NCBI GenBank assembly: GCA_040954595.2
Contig: CM082582.2
Coordinates: 10,779,483-10,843,482 of the forward strand
Length of the DNA stretch: 64,000 nt
DNA from: Balanoglossus misakiensis
Lineage: Eukaryota > Animalia > Hemichordata
Reading direction: 5' to 3'
Notes under the pieces: model-generated
The model's database searches: none
Told to the model about the DNA's origin: nothing
The model's input: the letters and a program-made list of their open reading frames with translations, nothing else
In this document: positions 42,601 through 54,484 of the stretch, piece by piece
Position numbering within the stretch: the first letter of the stretch is position 1
Layout of the letters: each line of letters starts with the position of its first letter
Program-made: the position numbers and the translations under genes

Positions 42601-45600
42601 ACATGCACCCACAAGTCTATTATTAAGACAACCAATCCTGAAATTCTGATGCCCTCGGCAGTGAAGACAACAGCGCCCACTATAAACGTCCACAACCTTC
42701 AGGAAACTCCCAAGAGAGAGCAAAAACCTTGAGCACTGTGCCTGTCAAACCAGATCATAGCTGCAAATGACACACAGTAACACCTGCTACACTGTTCTCC
42801 TCCACCATTCAAAAACATTTATGTTTAGTTTGCGATCGACAGCAGTGGTCTGCCAACAGACCCTTCCAGATGTTTCACGTCACACACGCAGAAACAGACT
42901 GCAAGAGTGTGGCCTTAAAAAAATACAGACAAAACTCAGATTAACTTTTAACGTCCAATAACGCTGCCTACTTTGTATGTTGAATATAGTGCCTGCCCCT
43001 ATAACTGAGTAGGGTACTTTCCTGATAAAGAATTGTCCATGTAGATTTCATATATGAACACAGGGACCATATCATTTCCTGGCTGAGCGATCAATGTTAT
43101 CTCGCAAATCTTCAATTTCCTCACTGCATTCATCTTCAAAATGTTCAACTGGCGGATGGAATGCAAGAGCTCTTTTGTGCCGATCGTGACGCTTTTTGCC
43201 AACGACCGTCGGCCATAATATGATATCGCAGATCTCCGTGGCAAATAAATGATTTTGATGACTCCCAGATAAGACTATCGTGGTAAAGGTAATGACAAAT
43301 TGACAACAAATGTGCGTGATGCACCCGAGTGGTTCTGAATGTTTAGTGATTTGCTTTATAGGTTTGCAACGTGCAAAAGTCTTGCACTGAAACATTACAT
43401 GATAGACAGCTGCCAACACATTTGAATTTGTGTGCAGTAAATGAAACACAGCTACACTCAGACCAGAGTCTGTCTGACTGTGTGTCTCTCATCTCTCCAT
43501 TTTGAGCTTTTAATTAGCACCTTGTCAGTCAGTCAGTCTGTCTGTCTGTCTGTCAATCTGTGACTGTCTGTCTTTCTCTCACTCTCCATTTTGCGCTTTT
43601 AATTAGCTTTAATTCGATTTCCTTTATTGACGTTGCTGTGTTTACTAGAATATACTTAATATTCTATCACGATACGTCCCCTACAAAATGTGTCTGCTGC
43701 AAATATGTTGTGTGCTATAAATTACATCACTGACAACCAGGGAGTGGGTAGGAAAGTTCCGGCGACAGACAATTCACCATAAATCAGCCAGCAGGACAAC
43801 AGTCGAATTTCTATCACAGAAAAGACATAGGTGAAAGCAAATAATTGCGCCTCTTCACGTTGTTGAAAAACAGTGTATAAGTGCTACATGTACCCAGGCA
43901 CATGTATATTGAAGTATGTCATCACGGAGAAGAGGAAAGTTGAATGCTGTTTAAAACACCCACTCTTGCTTTCGACAGATGTTTTCATCTTCGCCAGCTC
44001 GTATCCCCTGGCAATACTCCATGAAAATGTATAATCTGATTTTTTTTTTTAAATTCAGCCTTCCACCTCGAGGTAACTGCCATCATTCAAAAGCTAATAT
44101 CCATGTAAAATTTCTCCTCAATGTATGACAAGCAGTAGATATCTCAGCATGAAATCTGGGATCATTTCAAGATACTGGTTCAGTAAAGAATTCAACTTCG
44201 GGAAGAATCCTGAGGCTAACGTGTTATGGGTGATATTTTCGCTTACCATGGGTCTGTACACCCCTGAATCCCTGTGGTATGGTGTGAGTAACAAGGGGAG
44301 GGGGCAAGTGACAAGATGCTCAAAGCATGAGTGATAGGTCAGAAGTTAGCGCTAATGAAAAGAAATATTGATGACGGTTTATAAAAATTCATATCAGGTA
44401 TATCAATAGTTTCCTTTGTGGCTGTCTTCGTTCTGTGTGCAGTCCGGGATTCTGAGCTGAATTTTGAATAATATCACCAAATTCCCCACATAATAGATAA
44501 CTCCCGGTGCGCTGCACGCACACTGAAATTATTGCCTCCGATAAGACGTACGACTCCCAAGCATAAACCTCGCTGAATCTCCCAGGTCAAATTGAACCCA
44601 CAATACACGTATTCGACACAGCTGTACGCGATATGCAATATTCGCGATGTATATATCATTTTGAAGATGCCCCAAAGAGTTGCAGCGTTGCGGCCGTATC
44701 AGTTTCAGTTCAAATAGACGGCTTTTACAACACACGCTTGATACAATCCATAACATGGTTCAAAAGTTTTTCACAGTCACAAGGGAACCAATTGTGAAGG
44801 AAATTCTCATTAGGAGATAGTCTCAGTCTTGTGTGTGGAGACTGTCTGAATGAATGAATGCAAAACACATGATTTACTGTGTTTTAATAAATACCTCAAT
44901 GAAAAAAAAATTAATGAAGTTCTCATCAAAGTTCACTCTCCAGATTTGATGCAATTTAAAACAAGTTCAACTGAACTGACAATGTTTTAAAAATGCCGAA
45001 CACTCAGACAGTGCTTTTTTATGAAAGTCACAGTTACTGGTATACACCAGCCATTTTGAACTTGACCGTTGTTTTAGCTAACTTTATTTCAATATGATTT
45101 TGAGGAGGGTAGGTGCAGGAGGAGGATCGAGGGTAGTGAAGGGAGGGACAGATGGAGGGCGGAAACCGCACGATTAAATCACAATCACGGATCGCCACAT
45201 GTGACATCCATGACTGTTTTGTTGAAAACCGACACTGGGGACAATTTGAAATTTTATCTATCTTTCTGTAATAAAACCACGTCAACTGTAGAAGAGGTCC
45301 AGGAATAGATCAAACACAGGATTACAAGGAGCTCATCAGCACAGCTTGCAAGAAATCCTTCCCCAGACGGCAGTAAACTTTTATTGAGATTTGCTTTTTG
45401 AGATCTTATGGTTTGCATTACAGCTTCCCGTGTTTTTTTTTTCTCCATCTGATCAGAGATTCTGCAGAAGCGTTGTGCAGTCGGACGACTTCATTACAAG
45501 CTGAGGGGATTGGAACCCAGTGGGTTTCTGAGCAGTGCCAGTGATCAAACTCTTTCCCTGGCGCTTCCTGCAGTTTTGAACTGACCCCTCCCTGACCTTT

Positions 45601-48600
45601 CAGTGATATTCGCTCTAATTCAGTATTTCTCGTCTTTTCTGAAAGCAGAAATCGGATTGGGCGAGCACTGAAAAAGAACCCAATCAGGATGGGTGTTACA
45701 CTGCGTGTCCCTTTAAACTGTACTCAATCACAAAGTGCTGAATTCTCTGATCTGTGGGGGCGCTGTTCATCCAGGACAAAGATGGATGACAGCCTGAGCA
45801 TCGGAAGGTATGGCATGGTTACCATGGTGACATGTCTAAGATGTCTTCAGTGGTTGCCAATTCTTGCATAAGCATTTTCTCCACTTCAAGGCTTACAATC
45901 TAATTTAAGAGGAGTAAACTTTTTAATGGACGAATGTGGCAGTCAGGGGGGGTTGTCCTCAGAGAATTATCACAAAAACACATGTGATGGTAGCGAACGA
46001 AACAGGCACTAAAAAACCTCACCAAGGCTGGACAAAATCAATGAACAGTGACTTTAGGGGTTATCACTGGGGAAAAGGGAGTTAAGGCCCCTTAAGTAGG
46101 TCTTGCTGGCAACCCCTACTCTCTCCACCCTGGAGACCAAGCACAGAACTGTCAGTATTTCTTGAAATAAAACAATCAACGGTGCCAGCTTGACAAGATT
46201 TCATTTGAATCTGAAGTGATGGAAACGACAGTTCTCTGAACAGGAATTTGACGTCTCACTTCTCAAAATGTCATTACTCTGTCAATTTAGCAAACATAAA
46301 GATTCCGAGATAGCATGACTGTTATACCGGTATAAATTCCTTAAAAAGCACAAATTTTCGGCATATTTCTTGAGTGTGAGCTATTTTTCCCCAACGAAAA
46401 TGTTTTGATTAATGGGACACTAAGTGACAGTAAATGTCACAAGGTGTGTTTTTAAGAAAAAAATGTACCAATATTATTTAGCCATTATTACCTCATCAAA
46501 ATCTTGCACACAATGCATCATGCTGCAGTTAAAGACACCATAAATTTTCAACCAAGAGTACTGAAGCACTCTGGATGATTATTTATAAAGATCTACAATT
46601 TGCAACGCGAATATTTTCAGACTTCAAATTACGGTCTCAAGGGGCACACTTACAAAAGCCCTTTCCTTTTTATTCTGCATGCTAAATTGTCCAATTATAT
46701 CCACTTTTATTATTATCTAGATTATCCACAGCCACTGACAGGATTTCCTGCTATGTTCAGTTTTGACCTAATCGGGTGGACTTGTTCAGCTGGAGGTATT
46801 TTTTTTTTCTTTTCTGTGTGCGCGCGCGGCTTTCTCTGACTGCCCCCTCACCCACGGCCTTTGATCGCTCTTCGCATTACGCAGGATGAAATTTTTTAGT
46901 TTGTAGATGGTATATGCTGGTCATGTATGCTGTTTCCACAAGTGATTACACCAGCCGACCTCCTGTGTCTCTTATTCCATTTTCATCGCTATAGGCAATC
47001 TTCCACGCAACCATGGGATTAATCTAAAACCAGCTGCACTCCCACTGGGAGGAAATGAACATCCCCCACTAGGACACCATTCTACATAAAGCCTGCCCTC
47101 CCACTGGGAGGAAATGAATGACTCCAACCCTGGCTATGGGTTAGCCTGTTCTCATCAGTAGGGGTGCCTTCATTGTATCTCACAACCAGCGCCGGCACGC
47201 TGGGGCTGGCAAGCTCGGGCAGCTGGGGCCGGTGCATCCACTAGACCGGCCGAGCAGCGGGTCAGGAAGCCTGGAAACGCGAGCAGTCCACCGAGAGAAA
47301 CTCACCTGTTACACCTCCCTGTACCCACCTATCCCCCCTACAAGATACGTGCAACGTTCCAGGCTATTGGCAATTCTACTGGGAAATCTGTAAAAAGCAA
47401 TAAGATTGGGCTGGATGTGAAAGGGACCCCTAGTGGGTTACCCCCTAGGGTGTAGCTAATGTTTCTTCCCATCATAAAATGCAAGGCATCTCGATTTCGC
47501 AGTCGGAGACAAGGACATCAAGGGAGGGGAGAAAACTGCACTCCATGGGAGACAAGAATTTCACCTAATTAGGTGTTGCCAGTTGGGACTGTTGTATTTT
47601 CTACAAACTAGGTCCCAGCGGGGGAGTCTTTCTAGCCTAGCCGCATTTTAATATTATTGGCACAGACTCACTCAGTCTCTGGCAGACATAAACTGTGGGC
47701 CCAACCAGGGAGTTTACACCATTCCGCTCTTTATTTTCTTCTATTTAAAAAGTATAATAAAATACTTCCTAAATCTCACACTTAAAGCTGCCAGTTGTTT
47801 TCAAGAGCATAGAAATGACCAGGGGGTGGTTTGAATATTTGAAAGCGCTGTTTCTGTGTAATATACATGAGCACCTTGATGGTATATTACTTCAAATAAA
47901 TCCGAACTCCGCTTTCGCTTACCTTGTTTGATTTTTTGAAAACTCAAGTAGATCTCAAACATGTCATGAAGTGGACGTGTTCACATTTCAAATTGAATTT
48001 ACTCATTTATTAAATTTTTCACAGCACTTCATAATCAAATGTTTTTCTCTTTGGAATTGTATTTCATCACGATTAATTTGTTATTTGTGCTCAGATGAAA
48101 ACAATAAAACACTTAGGGAAAAAAAACTTTTCTGACAATCGTAACCAGCATCATATGCATATAATCACTTGGAAATTGCCTTCCTCTACACTGTTTCATG
48201 TCATCTTTCTGAAATCAACGAAAGAAACTTGATGCAAAGTGCGAGATCGCGCAAAGTTCCAAGTGGTCGGGTAACAGCAGAAGCATTGGAACGGCCTGTA
48301 GATACCGTGTGTCAGAAAGCGAAAGCCGGGCCGTGAAGAAGGTTCGGAAAACTGCGTCGCCGTGGCAACCACAAATCGGCGATCGCCACGGTACGAAGCG
48401 CCTTCGCGGTAAATGGAGCCCCTCCACGCAAATACCAGTGAGATGTGTGACACAGCTTGTCTTCAAACGGAAGGCCTCCTTTCACTCTGGTAAAAAAAAT
48501 AGCGACTGGTCGTTTGGGCGCATCACACTACTTCCGTTTCAACTTCAAACCACATCCGAACGTGTACCTTTCTCTCGATCTCTCTCTCATCAGCCCCCTC

Positions 48601-48745
48601 CCACCTTCCCATCCCAGATGCCGGATATCACAGCGACAGCCCCGCAAATCTCCACTCGCCAGAGATCTGTCGCTGGAAATCGAACTCTAAACGCTGTTTA
48701 CTTACGTTTCAAGGCTCTTGGCTTGGCCTGTTTTCGTCTAGACAT
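36699..48745 (-). CDS. ZNF423: Zinc finger protein 423/521 orthologue (Oaz/EBFAZ/EHZF), ~1490 aa, 4 coding exons
   Basis: Exon 1 48706-48745 encodes MSRRKQAKPRALK (NuRD-interaction motif); exons 42268-42435, 40915-41169 and 36699-40708 join in phase 1. Family-diagnostic sequences: [74 protein letters not shown] and KTYQCIKCQ...HMIEEG..HECKLC...DSPAKLQCHLIEH. Probably co-orthologous to vertebrate ZNF423 and ZNF521. Confidence 0.93.
43469..43607. repeat. Local ~50-bp duplication flanking a (GTCA/GTCT)n microsatellite
   Basis: CTCTCCATTTTG(A/C)GCTTTTAATTAGC at 43493-43518 and 43582-43607. Confidence 0.8.
47039..47118. repeat. Perfect 21-bp direct repeat CTCCCACTGGGAGGAAATGAA in ZNF423/521 intron 1
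   Basis: Copies at 47039-47059 and 47098-47118. Confidence 0.9.
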
Positions 48746-50174
48746 CGCAAAGGGTCACACGGAACGGTCGAGTTCAGTCCTCTGCCGAGATTCCCTTTGA
48801 CGAGTACGAGTGTTGTGTGCGGGTCTCCCGGAGACTCACCATACACCACCAGAGAAGCGCCTGCCGATGTACCGTGGGGGCGATCGGAGTTCGGAATCGG
48901 AGGGTCGCTGGCGATTCTTGGACGAAAGTCTAAGAGACGAAATCAAGCTGCACTGGAATTGGAGAGCCGCTGCGAAATAAACGTCGGTCGAGTCAGGAAA
49001 ATTTGTAGCGCTCTCCGTAGGGGTTCCGCGCAGTGGGAAAGCAAATCCAGCATTCAACTGATTGCACTCAAACTGCGCATGTGTAGGAAGGAAATTCCCT
49101 GGTGACGTAAAAAAATAATATGAACATGGAACTCCGGATGGAGCTTAAAGGCGAAAGGGCTAAAACATAGTATAATTTTCAAATCTTCAGTGCCATCCAA
49201 ATGTCATGACCAGATATGACGTTTCCAGAGCTTGTTCAAATATTGCACCTGCAGATAAAAAAGGATGTATTGCAGACAACTTCATCCGTCGAGACAAAAC
49301 CACGTGTACCTTGAAGTTTCGATTTGATAAACTTGACCTACAATCCCCCGGGCGTCTAAACCGTCGTCTTGTTAAAATGCGCCCAGGTCATAAAATCGTG
49401 TGTGATAACTCGGGGGTGGGGTGGGGGCTCTACGACATGTTTGAGCATGGGTGTGGTGCACGCGCCGACTTTGGGGCGGCGGCCGCTTTGGAACCAATTT
49501 AGGTCTACCACTGGTTGGGCCAAAGCTCTATTCCAACATACTAGTACCTACAGGCATCCATTTCTAAGCCGTAACCCCACTTCCAAGACCAAGTTGGGGA
49601 AACGAGTCGAGTCCCGGGCACATACTTGCTGTATAGTATGCGTCTTCCGTGTTAGATTCCCCGGGGCGCAGCATGCGCGCCTCCTCAGTGTGTCTAACAG
49701 CTCTATGCATGCTATGTACATACAGAACTATAGCGCGGAAGATGAACAAGTCACAAAATTGACGAGATCAAGAAAGTGAGATGAATCACAATGACGTAAA
49801 TTTTCTTATAAGCATTGTTAAGGAAATGATCACAGCTTCATTAACTTGTGGATGCCTCCAAGACATGCATAGGCAATTTGAACAATACAGAAATTATATT
49901 TATCCCCCAGCTGCCTTTTCCCTATTACCAAAAACCGCGCATTTCGATTGGCATAAATAACATTTTCTCATTAGTTTGGGATGAGCAAAAACGCCCAAAT
50001 TGAAGGCATCTTGAATCCTGGGTAACTTCTCAGTGTAGAGGAAGTATAGTAAGGCCGTTTTCATGTCTTCCCTATCCTCAAATAGCGCAATAAAAGACGT
50101 TACGAGAATTTAATATCACGGTAAATTACGGAACAGGTGACCGCGGCCTCCTCTACCATCACCATAACAACAAT

Positions 50175-50225
50175 CACCACCACCACCACCACCACCACCA
50201 CCACCACCACCACCACCACCACCAC
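50175..50225. repeat. (CAC)n trinucleotide microsatellite
   Basis: About 17 tandem CAC units. Confidence 0.95.
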
Positions 50226-50581
50226 AATCAACAACAATCACGGCAGCATTGTGCAGCAATAGCACATTTTGCGTTTTTTCCCCTAATTTCACTAAATGCA
50301 ATTTACATGCGCGCTAAGTTCGGCCTGTTTTCCCAACAGGAAATAACATTCAATTTGCTTATCGTTTCCGCCCCGGGGAAAAGAGCAGTACAGAAAATCT
50401 AAGCCGTGCGTATAAGGTGGGCGAGATCCAATCATACATTTGCAAAGCCCAAACAAGATAAGGCTATTAGGCTTTAAATATATTAATCGAAGGGAGTTGG
50501 GTTTTTGTTATTTCTTTTATTGACTATATTCTTGCGTCAAACCGGACGTTTTCCCAAGCGCGTGATCGATTGATCGATCAG

Positions 50582-50790
<209 letters not shown>

Positions 50791-51150
50791 CCATAAAATA
50801 TAATTCAATTTAGAGGCATGCACAATTATCGAAAGCAAAAACAGGCACGACACTAGACTGAAAGATTCAGTCCTGTGCGGGCGCTCCGACTTGCCGCCTA
50901 AGACCCTTTCCAAGATCGGCTCACTCGCCCCGAGCTTTTCCGGTGAAAGAGCCAGTCGCGTGTGGCGCTCCATCATCTCCGACCCAGATTCATCGCCAGG
51001 GTCATCGCCATGTCTCTTTGCGAGTTCGGCCACACCCCCTCCAGGGATTGTTATGTGGGTATAGTGTGTGTATCTGTGTGTATAGCAATGCAGTGTGTTC
51101 TTTCGGTTCCTTCAGCTGATGAGATCTTGTGTTTGTCTTTCTCTCTCCAG

Positions 51151-51597
51151 ATCTGTTCATATGGCAATATCCTGCTGTGAGAAAGCCTGTGCCTGGCCTG
51201 CGCCATTAGTGTCATAGACGAGAGAATATGACGTGGTTGACTTAGATGGCGTCGGAAGGTAAGATAAGTACGCTGCACATATATAATGTACCAGTATATT
51301 TACCAGTATAGTAGTACTTTTATCATGCAACTTTGGCCGCGTGAAACGCACTCAATGTAGGATCGAATCTTGATTCTTTCCTGTCATTGGCCGATACCCT
51401 GTGTTTCCCTCCAGGTTCTTAAAATGTCCGATAAATTTAACCTGCCTATTCTATCACAAATGGACGTTGCTGTAACACATATAAAGACGCGTTATTCCTT
51501 TGGCAGGATTGAACAGAAGAGACAAATTAAACGTCGTATTTATCGAAAACAATATTGCGTAAAACTCTTTGCTATAGCGCCATCTACGACGAGATAG
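51151..51597 (+). ncRNA. Candidate spliced lncRNA or small-ORF transcript divergent from ZNF423/521
   Basis: Strong acceptor tttgtctttctctctccag|51151, donor 51258|gtaaga and a second acceptor ctgtgtttccctccag|51415. The 108-nt exon has stops in all three frames; a 57-aa ORF (51424-51597) follows the second acceptor. Confidence 0.35.
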
Positions 51598-54002
51598 ACA
51601 AACCACCTGTTGGTCAAGTTATCTTGGCGCTGGTACTTTCTTCGAGTCGTGTTTGCATGTCTGCTTGCCCATGTCTGCTTATCGTGCGAAGTACAACAGT
51701 GATCTACTTGTATGCCTATACGTCGACCCTTTCATGCTTGTGAAAACAGTGGAACTAGCGTGACTACGAACCACAAATTTTATTTAGTAACTGTTCTTCC
51801 GGATATAATTCAAAACTGACTGTTCGTGAGAAAATACATGACAATGTTGAACGGTATATTAATTTTATAGCGTGGTATAATTGAAGCATATAATACGCCT
51901 TTGTAACACATTTGGGAGCATATAGGTGTTTATAAAAAACTTACAAAGGCAACATTTATTGGTTGTGATTTAACGTGTTTTTTCATGTTTTGGAATTTTG
52001 CCAAAAAATATGCCGTCTGAACTAAAATACATGTAAATTGTCAAAACCTGCCACACAACCTTATATCTAATAGTGATATTCATAAACAGTTTGTAATGTT
52101 TACAAATTACAAGGTCTGTATATCACTTGTATCTATACATGTAGGTAATTTGAATGAATCGGCCACATGAATGGGGTCGAGATGAATCAGATTTTTCTAA
52201 AGCGTGTTTTTATACTTTTAATGAAAGGAGACCGAAATATCACAGGAAGAAAAAGGATGTTTACACGCAGGGACTGAGTTCGCGTCAAAACACAAACAGT
52301 GTAGATAAACCTTTTTGCGGTTATCGTTATATCACGTACATCAGCGCGTTTCCGGTGTCTGACTGTGACCCCCACGTGACGCCAATGCCACGGCTGTGGG
52401 TGAGCTCGTGTGGCTGGTGAACACGCGATCTATGTCGCTTTTTGGCAAAACAACATTGACCTTGGAGAGATGGTGACCGCTCACGACCTCGAAATTGATT
52501 ATTGGGAGATGGCAATGGCATCGATGTGACGCGGAAGCCGATCACATTGGAAACAACCACAACATATGTTGACAGGGACGCACGAACATGAGCGCGCACC
52601 CCCCCCCCGTGACACCACAAAACACCTTGAAAGCGCTCACAAAAGTCTAACACTCCAGTCAGCTTGATGGAGCAGAAGAATAAACCTTTCTACCATTCTT
52701 GGGCGTTCATTATTAACAATTCCCTATTGTTTCACTGTCATAAACACATTTCCTTTTTTTCTTTCAGGACCACCACTTCTACCCTGTTCATGATGTGCGT
52801 CTGTAGACAAGGTACAAGGTAAATGCCACATTTCCCTGACGGGTTCTATATAGTTATTTTCTACACTATAACATTCTCTGCTAATGAAATCAGTAGAGAT
52901 TCTCCTTTTTTTCTCCGGCATTTCCCTTTCGTTTCGGGAAAGAATTTACATGTATCTGCAAACAAGTACATGTAGATAGATGAATCTATATTGCTCAGAC
53001 GGCCGACCGGGAAATAGTAAATTAGAAAGTGTCTCGGGAGACGTTGTTATTAGTACAGATGTCCAAATATCTTTTTAATTGAAGTAGTCGAATCGTGACT
53101 TAAATTGAATTCTGCCGTTCAGATGTTTATCGGGGAAAAAACATCGAATCCGGTGCGGACGGCGGATACATATGGCATTTACGTAAACAGTGTGTGACAA
53201 TTTCCGGCCAACCGTAGTATTGTGAATCGTCCGAATTATTCAGGACCAACGTGATATGTCTCGGGAGGTTGTATTACCGGAATCTCTAAACAAACGCCCC
53301 CTGGAACACGATCAAAACTTGTAGAAATGTACAGTACGGTGTACTTAACACGTAAACATCAGCGGTGCGCCGAGATCTGATCGAAGTTGGTTGTTTCATC
53401 TCGATCGTCGGGACCCGTTTAACCATTGCGTGATGCATGGGTGTGCTCTGATCCCGACTTACAGAGAGAAAAAAGTCCCTGATCGTTGAAACATGTGTAG
53501 CATACCTCGTAATTTCCCCGCACTGAAAATAAATGTTATTTTTCAATTAGGACGTAGATCCTTGCGCATGAGACACATACGTGCTCTCCTATATATCGTG
53601 TTTCGTTTCCGTGTCCTGGAATTTTAACCAGGCTTATTGCTGGCAGCTTTGATAGCGATAACCTTGGAACCCTGCGGGTCAATTGTCTTAATGATCATGC
53701 TGACCTTTCTCCATTAGACACAGTATGCGGATTTTGTCTTCAAGTAGTCCATACTCCTCATGCAATTCTTGCAAAGTACTCCCGGTGCGCATACTCACAC
53801 TTAGCTTGGTTGCCATCTCCTTATCCAAAGAACAGTTTAGCGTTTTCAGAAATTGGGGCACTGATATCCTCTGGATATAGTTTACATTTAGACATTCAAG
53901 AAACATCAGAAAGCTCCTGATGTGACAACGGCATGCTTTGTTGCAGTTAAACTTCAAATTTTTGTGCACACAGATATATATGAGTAATGCAATTAAAGCC
54001 CC

Positions 54003-54484
54003 GCATTCAGTTTCAATTAAACAGTTGATGCCCGTCACTGGCCTGACCAATATAGTATTCGCGTACAAAGAAACCAATTTAACTAAACAACCCTATGGAC
54101 TTATCCAGTGAAAGGCTTTAATTATACCTCGGTGTTTACTTCGTAAAGAACCATGGTATATATTCAAAAAATAACAGGAGACATCATTCTTTTATAGGGA
54201 GATTCTAATACGGTGACATGAATGTTCTTTTTAAGGCAAGGTTAGGCCTAACTACGTCGTTTTTACTTAATCATGTTTCCATGAAAGAACGTCAGTAACG
54301 CAATGAACTCGTGCATTCAGTTTCAATTAAACTGTTGATGCCAGCCACTGACCCAGCCTCGATAGGCGTTCCCGTATAAAACATTAATTTATCCACATAA
54401 CCCAGTGAATGAATAAATGAACCGTAATGGCTTCGTAATTCAAAACCAAAATTTTAATTACACCCCGGTGTTTACTTCGTCAAG
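54003..54484. repeat. Degenerate tandem duplication (~310-bp period)
   Basis: GCATTCAGTTTCAATTAAAC(A/T)GTTGATGCC at ~54003 and ~54313, and TTTAATTA(T/C)ACC(T/C)CGGTGTTTACTTCGT at ~54117 and ~54453. Confidence 0.75.
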
